Below, piece after piece: positions 1 to 8,485 of a stretch of 24,846 bases of DNA. Below the pieces are notes generated by a model. That model was not told where the DNA came from, ran no database searches, and was given only the letters and a program-made list of their open reading frames with translations. Within the stretch, counting starts at the first letter, position 1. Each line of letters opens with the position of its first letter. The DNA comes from an archaeon (GTDB lineage: Archaea > Asgardarchaeota > Thorarchaeia > Thorarchaeales > Thorarchaeaceae). A program made the position numbers and the translations under genes. The stretch lies in contig JAJRWI010000013.1 in the NCBI GenBank assembly GCA_024276825.1, positions 1 to 24,846 of the forward strand, given 5' to 3'.

Positions 1-1
1 A

Positions 2-265
2 GCTCATGTTTACCCCCGAAGCGTGAGTGGCGTTCAACTCAGTAGACTAATAGGATACAGCGGAAAATCAAGGAGCCTTTACAGAGGAGTTCTCTCTCAT
101 ATGCAGGAGAATGAACTCATTCTGATTGACCAGCTCACACCAAGGCTTTACGCAATCAGGATAAACAACGAACATCCGCTTCTATCGATACTGATTGAGC
201 TCTGTAGGAAATATGGAAGTAAAACGAGAAAAATATACATCAAAGCGCTGGAGGAAGAAGAGTAA
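2..265 (+). CDS. Winged-helix (wHTH) domain protein, 5' end truncated by the window
   Basis: The frame is open back to base 2 (AHVYPRSVSGVQLSRLIGYSGKSRSLYRGVLSHMQENELILIDQLTPRLYAIRIN...), so the GTG at 23 is probably not the true start. The helix-turn-helix followed by a beta-hairpin wing pattern was judged by eye. The stop overlaps the next start (TAATG). Confidence 0.55.
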   Translation, partial: AHVYPRSVSGVQLSRLIGYSGKSRSLYRGVLSHMQENELILIDQLTPRLYAIRINNEHPLLSILIELCRKYGSKTRKIYIKALEEEE

Positions 266-864
266 TGGACAGACTCTTGGAGCATGCAAAGGCCCTCTTC
301 ATAGATCGCCAAAGGATAGCTCTGTCTGCACTCATTATCAGCGTTGCCACGACTTTTTATGTATTCTACTCCCCAGGGATAATAGGTCTCATGCCTGCGC
401 CTCCAGAATGGTTCCCCGATGGTGCCTCCTTGGGATTTGAGGTGATTGCATCATTCAACACTATTGGATTCTTTCTAGCCTTTTCCATCATGGTCTTTTT
501 CTATGCTCTTTGGCAATGGGCCTTTTTGCCAGCACCAGCTTATGATTATACTATGATGATATTGAGAGGCATCCTTGGTCCAAAAGCAAAAATTTCCTAT
601 TCCTTTGGAAAACGGTTTAGAATCATTCTCCCTGATGGAACACAGTTCTTTATCACTTGTAGAATCAAAGAGCCTGGCTCAGATGAATGGTTCTCATATC
701 GACTTATCTCAACACCAATTGCAAACCCAAAGTTGCAAAATATCGCTCTGCATCATGGGATCAGCGTGAAGGAGGACAGGCTGACCACATGGATCAGCAA
801 TGATGAATTGCATAGCATGATGATACTATTTCTCAAAGCACTTGGACGGGCCAAGTCTTCATAG
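265..864 (+). CDS. Hypothetical membrane protein (2 N-terminal TM helices plus soluble alpha/beta C-terminal domain)
   Basis: 199-aa ORF, translationally coupled to the upstream gene, with GGAGG upstream. Hydrophobic segments IALSALIISVATTFYVFY and IGFFLAFSIMVFFYALWQWAFL. Confidence 0.75.
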   Translation: MDRLLEHAKALFIDRQRIALSALIISVATTFYVFYSPGIIGLMPAPPEWFPDGASLGFEVIASFNTIGFFLAFSIMVFFYALWQWAFLPAPAYDYTMMILRGILGPKAKISYSFGKRFRIILPDGTQFFITCRIKEPGSDEWFSYRLISTPIANPKLQNIALHHGISVKEDRLTTWISNDELHSMMILFLKALGRAKSS

Positions 865-921
865 GTGGTGCAATAAATCTATTTCAGTAAGTGCTTCAAA
901 GAGTAGTCTGGGTGCTGCAAA

Positions 922-1311
922 ATGATGCGGATAAAGAGAACCATTGACATTGCAATGAGTAACTATGAGGACATTATTGGAGCCTGCGTCTTTACATATG
1001 AAGGGCGTCTGGTATATAGTACTGAAAAGATGAGAATTCAAGATGACATCCCTACAATTCTTCAGGCTTGGCAGAACTCCATTCCAAACTTTAACATTCA
1101 AGATGTAAATTTTATCACGGCCTTGGCTGATAAGAACAAACTTATTGCAATCAATCCAGAAGGTGCGGTCAGCCTTATTGTGGGCACTGGGAAAGGAGTA
1201 TGGTTTGTTGCAGTGTTTATTCCAATGGATGTTGACAAAGAACCCATTTCAAATGAATGTGTTCAAGCAGCCAAGAACCTTGAAACTTCTGTTTCAATCT
1301 TTGATGTTTAA
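922..1311 (+). CDS. Profilin-like protein (Asgard profilin fold, divergent)
   Basis: 129 aa with profilin element order: N-helix, IIGACVFTYEGRLVYST hairpin, DIPTILQAW helix, FNIQDVNFITALADKNKLIAIN, SLIVGT and WFVAVF strands, C-helix. Recognised from memory of Asgard and amoebal profilins. Roadblock/longin-type folds are the alternative. Confidence 0.7.
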   Translation: MMRIKRTIDIAMSNYEDIIGACVFTYEGRLVYSTEKMRIQDDIPTILQAWQNSIPNFNIQDVNFITALADKNKLIAINPEGAVSLIVGTGKGVWFVAVFIPMDVDKEPISNECVQAAKNLETSVSIFDV

Positions 1312-1384
1312 GGGCATTGGGCATACAGACCATTGCGGTCACCAATATCAGATAGATGTGAAAATGGCTTTTACTTCATTATCA

Positions 1385-1819
1385 TTATTCAATGAGCGGT
1401 TTTTGCTCAGCGATAATTCGTGCAGTTAATGATAAGATTGCTCCGATCCAACCGATAGACTGTGATACTTGAAGTTGGAAATTCATGACAAATGTTACGG
1501 CAAATACATGTTGAATCAGGTTCATTGTTAAACCCAAAACGGCCATTGCAAGCGCCAGCATGATGAGGTTGAGGCTATGTTCAAAGCTGCGCCTAGTAAG
1601 AAAGATTCCACCAATGATGATTCCAATTCCACCAATGCAAGTGAGGATTGCAAGGATGCCCATGATGATTGTGACTGAAACAAGTATCTCAGATCCAAAC
1701 AGATTGACAAGGCCATTGGGAATCTCTTCGGGGTTCATCAGCCCACTAATGCCAGAAGCAATCAGCATGGCTCCGCCTATCAGACACAATGTCATTGCGT
1801 TCTTATTATGAACTGTCAT
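1385..1819 (-). CDS. Hypothetical 4-TM membrane protein
   Basis: Four Gly-rich hydrophobic segments. ATG at 1819 (MTVHNK) preferred over the upstream GTG at 1837. Lies directly downstream of, and co-oriented with, the ABC permeases. Confidence 0.75.
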   Translation of the reverse strand: MTVHNKNAMTLCLIGGAMLIASGISGLMNPEEIPNGLVNLFGSEILVSVTIIMGILAILTCIGGIGIIIGGIFLTRRSFEHSLNLIMLALAMAVLGLTMNLIQHVFAVTFVMNFQLQVSQSIGWIGAILSLTARIIAEQKPLIE

Positions 1820-1875
1820 CAAGCTATGCCCCCCCACACTTTAATGATTTAAAGATAGCTCATATCAATCTTAAT

Positions 1876-2826
1876 TCAAGCTTTACGTTCTTTTTCATAT
1901 GGTATAGCTATTCCCTTTGGTGGTATTGATCTTCTTATGACACCCAGAGCGACAACTACAAGCAAGTATGGGAGCATTGCAATGAAGTTAGCGTATGGCA
2001 GAAGTGCAGGGAAATAAATCTGGATAGCGTAGTTTAATCCGTCAAGAAATCCAAAGAACAGACCTGCTATTAGTATTCCGAAGGGCGACCAGTTGCCAAA
2101 GATCATTGCAGCCAGCGCAATAAAGCCGCGTCCATCAGTCATATTCTTCCCAAATGCTGAACCAAACCCAATTGAGAGGTAAGCACCTCCCAGACCTGCA
2201 AGACATCCACTGATGATAACACCAATTGCACGGGTCCATTCAACGCTGACGCCTGCAGAGTCAAGAGTGCTGGGATCTTCTCCTGCAGCTCTGAGTCTCA
2301 GTCCAAATGGAGTTTTGAAGAGGATATACCAACTCAAAATGGTGGCTACAAACATGAATATCACAATCGGAGATATCACGCCAAAGGCCTGCCCAATCAG
2401 GGGGATGTTCTGAATTGGCTCAATAACAATGTCAGGGATTGTATTGGTTATTGTTTCGCCATAACCCTTCCTGTGCCAGACGACTTCAAGCATTAATGTT
2501 GTAAAACCGGCCCCAAAGAGAATAATCCCTGTACCACTTACAATATGATTACCTTTGAATTTAACACAGACTATCGCATGAACAGCAGCAAGGCCACCTC
2601 CAGCAGCAACCGCGGCTAGAATGCCAAGCCATGGGTTAAGTGTGTAATAAGTGACTGCGGCTGCTGTGAATGCTCCCATCAGCATCATTCCTTCAAGCCC
2701 TATGTTAACAACACCTCCACGCTCACTATACATGCCGCCAAGACCAGCAAGGACAAGAGGTGTGGCCATCTGCAGGGTGACAGCAAAAACCCAACCTATT
2801 AGATCCAATGGAAGTCCTTGCATCAT
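1876..2826 (-). CDS. ABC transporter permease, BPD_transp_2 family (NupQ/YufQ-like)
   Basis: Motifs SERGGVVNIGLEGMML, TPFGLRLRAAGEDP and GRGFIALAAMIFGNW. ATGA overlap with the upstream permease. Confidence 0.93.
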   Translation of the reverse strand: MMQGLPLDLIGWVFAVTLQMATPLVLAGLGGMYSERGGVVNIGLEGMMLMGAFTAAAVTYYTLNPWLGILAAVAAGGGLAAVHAIVCVKFKGNHIVSGTGIILFGAGFTTLMLEVVWHRKGYGETITNTIPDIVIEPIQNIPLIGQAFGVISPIVIFMFVATILSWYILFKTPFGLRLRAAGEDPSTLDSAGVSVEWTRAIGVIISGCLAGLGGAYLSIGFGSAFGKNMTDGRGFIALAAMIFGNWSPFGILIAGLFFGFLDGLNYAIQIYFPALLPYANFIAMLPYLLVVVALGVIRRSIPPKGIAIPYEKERKA

Positions 2827-4328
2827 TCAATATCATCCTCCTTCTTAGTCACAAGCAGTCGTCCTATGAGCCTATCAGCGAGCCAGAGCACGAATGTGAA
2901 TATTGCTAGAATGAATGAGGTTAATGCGGACATGCCAGCTCCAATAATCTCGAGAACTCCGGCTATTGTCCAAAGTACTGCAGCTAAAAGCATGAACCAT
3001 CCCGCATCTGGTCTCTTTGACCAATATACAATAAATATCATGACACCAAGAATTGCGACAAGGACATAGACTAATGCAGTGGCTGCGTTAATCCAAGTGA
3101 ATGATGGAAGCGAGTATAATGATGTGATCATACCCAAGCCTAGCATTAATATTGCAAGTCCAAGAATTGATGATACAAGATTGATAGATGGCTCGAAAGG
3201 ATCCTCTTTCATGCTTTTGAAAATGGTGTTACCATTATCAACAAGCCAGTTGATAATTCTGGGTGCAGCCACAAAAAGCACCACGAGACCTTGGATCACA
3301 CTCACCATTTCAATTGGAACACCTACAACCTGATGCATTGTATTCCCGCCAGCTCTAAGACCACCAAAGAATATTGCAGCGGCAAGCACACCCCAAGGAC
3401 TATTGTTGCCAAGCACTGCAACTGTAATTCCATCCCAGCCAAGGCCAGGACTCCAGTTTGCAACGAACTTCCCATAAGTACCCATAATCTCTTCAGATCC
3501 AGCAAGGCCAGAGAGACCGCCACTAAGACCCATTGCGATTGCGATATTTCTTTTCGAGTTGATGCCACCATATTCTGCAGCATCAGGGTTTAGACCCACC
3601 GCGCGCATCTCATAACCAAGCACAGTACGGTTTATCAAGAAATCAACTGCAAAGACTGCGATAATTGAGAGTATCAATCCAGTATGAAGCGAGTATCCCC
3701 AGAGAGGAGGAAGTAGTGCTGTGTCAAGAAGAGGTGGCGTTCTTGGGACCATGCTGCCGTCCCAGAATGGGCCATTACTTGAAACAAGCCAGCCAGTTAA
3801 CAGAATTGCAGTATAACTGAGCATCATTGTTGTGACAACTTCATGAGCACCGCGATAAGCTTTCAGAAGACCCGGAACAAAACCCCACAGTCCGCCAGCA
3901 ATAGCACCTATGGCCAGACATGCCAAAGGATGAATAACAATGGGCAGAGCAATCAGATAGCCCATCAGCGCAGCCGCCATTGAACCGATATACAACTGCC
4001 CCTCAGCACCAATATTGAACAGGCCACATTTGAATGCTAATGCGACTGAGAGCCCGGTAAGTATCAAAGGTGTTGCATAATAGAGAACAAGATCCATTCG
4101 ACTAAATGCTCCAATTGCAAGATACACATATGCAAGTCCTGGATCGTAGCCTGCAATCAACATGATGAGAGATGACACAAGCAGTGCCAAAACTATTGAT
4201 GCAAAAGACCATATGAATTGCTTGCGATATGAGGGGTCCGTGACTTTCTTTGCAAGACCCAATATCCAATTCTCTATTCTTTGACCAATGCCTGACTTTT
4301 GGGCATCGGATAATTCAGATGCATTCAT
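2823..4328 (-). CDS. ABC transporter permease (NupP/YufP-like) with a C-terminal 4-TM extension
   Basis: Motifs GLFNIGAEGQ, HEVVTTMMLSY, GYEMRAVGLNPDAAEYGGI and GWDGITVAVLG. About 140 extra hydrophobic residues follow the usual end of the family. Confidence 0.92.
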   Translation of the reverse strand: MNASELSDAQKSGIGQRIENWILGLAKKVTDPSYRKQFIWSFASIVLALLVSSLIMLIAGYDPGLAYVYLAIGAFSRMDLVLYYATPLILTGLSVALAFKCGLFNIGAEGQLYIGSMAAALMGYLIALPIVIHPLACLAIGAIAGGLWGFVPGLLKAYRGAHEVVTTMMLSYTAILLTGWLVSSNGPFWDGSMVPRTPPLLDTALLPPLWGYSLHTGLILSIIAVFAVDFLINRTVLGYEMRAVGLNPDAAEYGGINSKRNIAIAMGLSGGLSGLAGSEEIMGTYGKFVANWSPGLGWDGITVAVLGNNSPWGVLAAAIFFGGLRAGGNTMHQVVGVPIEMVSVIQGLVVLFVAAPRIINWLVDNGNTIFKSMKEDPFEPSINLVSSILGLAILMLGLGMITSLYSLPSFTWINAATALVYVLVAILGVMIFIVYWSKRPDAGWFMLLAAVLWTIAGVLEIIGAGMSALTSFILAIFTFVLWLADRLIGRLLVTKKEDDIE

Positions 4329-4330
4329 GA

Positions 4331-5908
4331 TTAATCAACTCCTTGGACATGTCCTGCCATTAAGAGACCCAATTCTTCGGGTGTTGCATCAGGCCCTCTT
4401 ATTGCAACAATCTTGCCATCATAGATCACACCGATTCTATCTGACAGGTTTCGCACCTCATCAAGTTCTGCTGAAACCAAAAGTATTGCAGACCCAGCAT
4501 TCCTCATTTTGATCAATGTGTTTCTGATGAACTCAGTTGCACCTACATCTAGCCCACGTGTGGGCTGAGCAGCAACTATCAATTTAGGAGCAACCGCTAA
4601 TTCTCTGGCAACAACAACCTTCTGCTGGTTGCCACCGCTAAGAGTTTCGGCAAATGCGTCACTACTTGATGTCTTGATAGAGAACTTAGAAACAAGATCA
4701 TCGCTAATCTCATTGATTCTGTCCAAGTTAAGAAGCATATTCTTTGGACCATTGGCAAAGGGCGGCCTATAATGGCGACCCAGTATTAGATTCTCCTTAA
4801 TTGTGAATGCCAAGATGAGACCCATCTTTTGTCGGTCCTCAGGAATGTGACTCATTCCTACTTCACGAACAAACCTAGGGCTTTTGGAAGTCACATCAAC
4901 TTCATCAATTATTATCACACCATCGGTAGGCTTTCGAAGTCCTGTTATTGCTTCCACAAGTTCCGTCTGGCCATTACCCTCCACGCCTGCAACACCAAAA
5001 ATCTCTCCAGCCTTCACTTCAAATGAAATGCCCTTGACAGATTCAAGCCCTCGATAGTCTTTTACATGAAGGTCCTGCACCTTAAGAACAACATCGCCCG
5101 GTGAAGATATGCCTTTATCGACCATGAAAACAACAGGACGACCCACCATCATTTGAGCGAGGTCCTCAGGTGATGTGTTATCACGTTCGACGGTACCTAT
5201 CAGCTTGCCATCACGTAGAACTGTGATTCGATCACAAAGGGCCATTGTTTCTCGGAGTTTATGTGTGATTAGAATAATTGTCTTTCCGGCCTTTCTAAAC
5301 TCCTTTAGGGTTTCAAAGAGCTCATCGACCTCTTGAGGCGTAAGGACAGAAGTTGGCTCATCAAGAATAAGAATGTCAGCCTTCCTATAAAGGGTCTTGA
5401 TGATTTCAATTCGCTGTTGGAGACCCACTGAAAGATCCTGCACTTTTGCATAGGGATCAATATGAAGCCCATTCTCCTCAGCAATCTGTATGATCTTTTC
5501 AACTGCCATCTTAATATCAATGGGCATGAGAGCTCGCATTATCTTTCCAATTATTCCTCTTCCAAAAGTACGCCCGAATATTGGTTCAGAACCAAGAACT
5601 ACATTCTCAACAACTGTGAGTGGTGGTATTAGCTTAAAATGCTGATGAACCATTCCTATTCCCTTAGATATGGCATCTGTGGGAGACTCGAACTCCACAT
5701 GTTCGCCATTGATGATTATCTCGCCTTTGTCTCTGTTCAAGAGCCCATAGAGAATGTTCATCAATGTTGTTTTCCCAGCGCCATTCTCACCAAGAAGACC
5801 GTGAACCTCGCCGCGCTTGACTTTAAGGGTGACTCCCTGATTTGCGTAGACGCCTCCTGGAAATGTCTTATGAATGTTAATCATCTCAACAGCGTATTGC
5901 GAGCTCAT
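4331..5908 (-). CDS. ABC transporter ATP-binding protein, tandem-domain CUT2 type (NupO/YufO-like)
   Basis: Walker A GENGAGKT, LSVGLQQR, Walker B ILILDEPT, second-domain signature LSGGNQQK and QPTRGLDVGA. GAGGT site upstream. Confidence 0.96.
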   Translation of the reverse strand: MSSQYAVEMINIHKTFPGGVYANQGVTLKVKRGEVHGLLGENGAGKTTLMNILYGLLNRDKGEIIINGEHVEFESPTDAISKGIGMVHQHFKLIPPLTVVENVVLGSEPIFGRTFGRGIIGKIMRALMPIDIKMAVEKIIQIAEENGLHIDPYAKVQDLSVGLQQRIEIIKTLYRKADILILDEPTSVLTPQEVDELFETLKEFRKAGKTIILITHKLRETMALCDRITVLRDGKLIGTVERDNTSPEDLAQMMVGRPVVFMVDKGISSPGDVVLKVQDLHVKDYRGLESVKGISFEVKAGEIFGVAGVEGNGQTELVEAITGLRKPTDGVIIIDEVDVTSKSPRFVREVGMSHIPEDRQKMGLILAFTIKENLILGRHYRPPFANGPKNMLLNLDRINEISDDLVSKFSIKTSSSDAFAETLSGGNQQKVVVARELAVAPKLIVAAQPTRGLDVGATEFIRNTLIKMRNAGSAILLVSAELDEVRNLSDRIGVIYDGKIVAIRGPDATPEELGLLMAGHVQGVD

Positions 5909-5974
5909 AGGACAACCTCACAAGTCCAACAATTTTAATTTATTATTGGAATTGCATATGCGATGAAACAATGC

Positions 5975-5983
5975 TATATATAA
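5975..5983 (-). promoter_or_regulatory. Putative TATA box for the ATPase-permease genes
   Basis: TTATATATA on the minus strand about 70 nt upstream of the ATPase start. It lies between two GATGAAACA direct repeats (5962-5970 and 6005-6013) and near the inverted repeat CATCAA-TAAT-TTGATG (5993-6008). Confidence 0.45.
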
Positions 5984-6040
5984 TAATGTCCACATCAATA
6001 ATTTGATGAAACATCTGTTTTTGTAATGATAGTTATTGTC

Positions 6041-6075
6041 AAAAAAAAAGAAGTGTGAGAGGGAATGACCCTCTC
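6041..6075 (-). terminator. Hairpin plus oligo-T terminator after the BMP gene
   Basis: Minus strand reads GAGAGGG-TCATT-CCCTCTC (7-bp stem, 6075-6057), then ACACTTC and T9, starting just after the stop at 6081. Confidence 0.75.
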
Positions 6076-6080
6076 CATGT

Positions 6081-7163
6081 TTAACTCCAGTAGATTGAAT
6101 CTGGAACGGTCACAGTACCTGCAATGATTGCAGCCTTGAGATCTTCAACTGCGTTGATTACGCTGGTTGGCAATGTCAACAGATCAGTGTTGATCTCATA
6201 ATCAAGACCACCGTTTGCTAGTGTGAAGAGGTTTACACCACCACTGAATGTATCTTCAACAACATCCTCAATGATGTCATGAACTGCAACATCGACTCTC
6301 TTCAGCATTGAAGTGAGTCCCACTGTCGGTGGTTCTGGATTGTCTGGATCTGCACAACCAAGGTACATCTGCGGTGAATCAACACCAATCACCCATAGTG
6401 GATAGGATGATGTGGCATTGTTCTCTTTGGCACTGTCGAATACTCCGAGACCTGAACGACCAGCTGCAGCAAAGATGATGTCTACACCTGCTGAATACAT
6501 TCCATCAGCAAGGGACTTGCCAGCAGCAGTATCAACCCAGCTGCCCGTGTAGGCAACCTGATAGTTAATTCCAGGGTTGGTGTAGTTTGCTCCCCAGACA
6601 TAACCAGCTGCGAACTTGTGAATCAGAGGAATGTCCATTCCACCAACGAATCCAATACTGTCGGTGGTTGTCATCAGTCCAGCGATTGCACCAACGAGTG
6701 CTGAGCCCTCGTGTTCATTGAACAACAAGGATGCAACATTTGAGTAGTTTGTAGGATCGATGTACATGTCAACAATCGCAAACTTTTGATCTGGGAAGTC
6801 AGCGGCTACTTCCATCAAGGCATCAGCTTGGTCAAAGCCCACGCTGATAATCAAGTCGAAGGGCTCAATATATTGCGTATGCTCCGCATAGCCGCGGATA
6901 TATCCTTCATAGTCTGTTATCGCAGCTGGCTCTGAGTATGTGAACTGTATTCCAAACTCTTGCGAAGCTTCTACTGCGCCATTATAACAGCCGTCATTGA
7001 ATGACTTGTCGCCAAGACCCCCTGTTGCAAACACAATGGCAACAGTATATGGGTTGGGCTGCGGGCCAAATGGATTGAACATGATCAAGTAGGCTCCAGC
7101 ACCAGCGACACCAATAATGACTATTACAATGGCAGCAATCATACCTTTACTTGCCATTTTCAT
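6081..7163 (-). CDS. BMP/PnrA family ABC substrate-binding protein (probably nucleoside-binding), N-terminally membrane-anchored
   Basis: Motifs GGLGDKSFND, FNEHEGSALVG, IGFVGGM, VIGVDSPQ and TSMLKRVD. N-terminal hydrophobic helix with no lipobox Cys. AGGAG at 7171-7167 is better spaced for the second ATG at 7157. Confidence 0.93.
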   Translation of the reverse strand: MKMASKGMIAAIVIVIIGVAGAGAYLIMFNPFGPQPNPYTVAIVFATGGLGDKSFNDGCYNGAVEASQEFGIQFTYSEPAAITDYEGYIRGYAEHTQYIEPFDLIISVGFDQADALMEVAADFPDQKFAIVDMYIDPTNYSNVASLLFNEHEGSALVGAIAGLMTTTDSIGFVGGMDIPLIHKFAAGYVWGANYTNPGINYQVAYTGSWVDTAAGKSLADGMYSAGVDIIFAAAGRSGLGVFDSAKENNATSSYPLWVIGVDSPQMYLGCADPDNPEPPTVGLTSMLKRVDVAVHDIIEDVVEDTFSGGVNLFTLANGGLDYEINTDLLTLPTSVINAVEDLKAAIIAGTVTVPDSIYWS

Positions 7164-7176
7164 TTACTCCTATTGT

Positions 7177-7193
7177 TACCAATTTGATTGGTA
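7177..7193. promoter_or_regulatory. Perfect inverted repeat, candidate operator or 5' hairpin for the BMP gene
   Basis: TACCAAT-TTG-ATTGGTA lies between a minus-strand TTTATTA (7208-7202) and the ribosome-binding site. Confidence 0.5.
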
Positions 7194-7344
7194 CAACTGC
7201 CTAATAAAGACTAAGCATATTCATCTCAATGATTGAATCAATGCAGAAGCAAAAGATATCATGTTGGACTAGATAGATGAGCTAATGAATGATTTATGAT
7301 GAAATCTTCAAAAGAGTGAATGCTCCAGAGGGAGATGATGAAAG

Positions 7345-8088
7345 ATGCAAAGGTCAAATGTGTATATTGAAGAGAGAGGAAGAGAAAATGATGATGTTAT
7401 TGTGATGGTTCATGGTGCAGGGGGATCATCAGCCACATGGTTTATGCAATTAAGGGGGCTGTCAAAAAAGATTCATACTGTCGCTCTTGATCTTAATGGT
7501 CATGGAAGGACCCCCGATAGAAATGAAGATCCTGAGTCTTCTTACCTTGCAGATATTAACAGTGTTGTTTCACAGTTTGACAGACCATACTTAATGGGAC
7601 ACAGTATGGGCGGTGCGCTTGCTCAGTTATATGCAATAAGGAATCCCGAAAAGATTGCAGGATTGGTCCTTGTTGGTACAGGAGCAAAATTGAGAGTAAC
7701 TCAAATAATCTTTGATTTACTAGATAATGACTTTGAGGGTTACTTGAAAATGATTGCTAAGTTTGCGTTTCATCCAGACACTTCTCATGAAATCATTGAG
7801 GCCTCGATAAAGGAGGTTCGAAAATGTCCGGTGCACGTGATTCGTCGCGACTTTGAGTTCTGCAATGAATTCAACATTATGGACATGGTTGAGAATATAC
7901 CTCACAGAACTTTACTCATTGCAGCAGATTCAGACAATCTGACTCCACCGAAGTATCTGGAATATTTACATGATAAGATAAGGCAATCCACTCTTGTCAT
8001 AATTCCAAAAGCTGGACACTCAATGATGCTGGAACAGTTCAACAAATTCAATGACATTGTTGCAGCATGGATCAGATCTAATGAATGA
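7345..8088 (+). CDS. Alpha/beta fold hydrolase (esterase / enol-lactone hydrolase-like)
   Basis: HGAGG oxyanion region, DLNGHG, nucleophile elbow GHSMGG, acid in DSDNLTP, catalytic His in AGHS. Confidence 0.92.
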   Translation: MQRSNVYIEERGRENDDVIVMVHGAGGSSATWFMQLRGLSKKIHTVALDLNGHGRTPDRNEDPESSYLADINSVVSQFDRPYLMGHSMGGALAQLYAIRNPEKIAGLVLVGTGAKLRVTQIIFDLLDNDFEGYLKMIAKFAFHPDTSHEIIEASIKEVRKCPVHVIRRDFEFCNEFNIMDMVENIPHRTLLIAADSDNLTPPKYLEYLHDKIRQSTLVIIPKAGHSMMLEQFNKFNDIVAAWIRSNE

Positions 8089-8485
8089 TCCGTTCCTGCT
8101 TCTTGAGTTCTTCAATCGCTTTCATCAAGCGAGTTCTGTCGAAATAGACCTCATTACGAACAATCTTTCCGTCCTTGAGCTCTACAATATCGACACCTAG
8201 TTCATTAATCACTTTAGAACCTACTGGAATTGTGCACTCCCATTTGATAATGAAGCCTTCCTCTATAGGAAATAGCTCAATAGGTTTCCAAACCCATTCT
8301 CTGTAGACATCCAAAAGGCGTGTGAAATAGGGTCGAATCTCTTTGATTCCCTTAAGGCCTTGCCTATGTTCTGGATCAGAATAGAAGGCGTCTTCTGAAT
8401 AGAATTCGATTAGTAGTTCAGGCCTGTTTCCAGTCCAAGCATTTAACCATTTCCTTGCAAAGTCAACGAGCTCATCCTTATCCAT
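8078..8485 (-). CDS. SnoaL-like / NTF2 family protein
   Basis: Typical pattern WLNAW...FYSEDAFYSDP...GIKEIRPYF...GVDIVELKDGKIVRNEVYFD. Confidence 0.88.
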   Translation of the reverse strand: MDKDELVDFARKWLNAWTGNRPELLIEFYSEDAFYSDPEHRQGLKGIKEIRPYFTRLLDVYREWVWKPIELFPIEEGFIIKWECTIPVGSKVINELGVDIVELKDGKIVRNEVYFDRTRLMKAIEELKKQERIIH

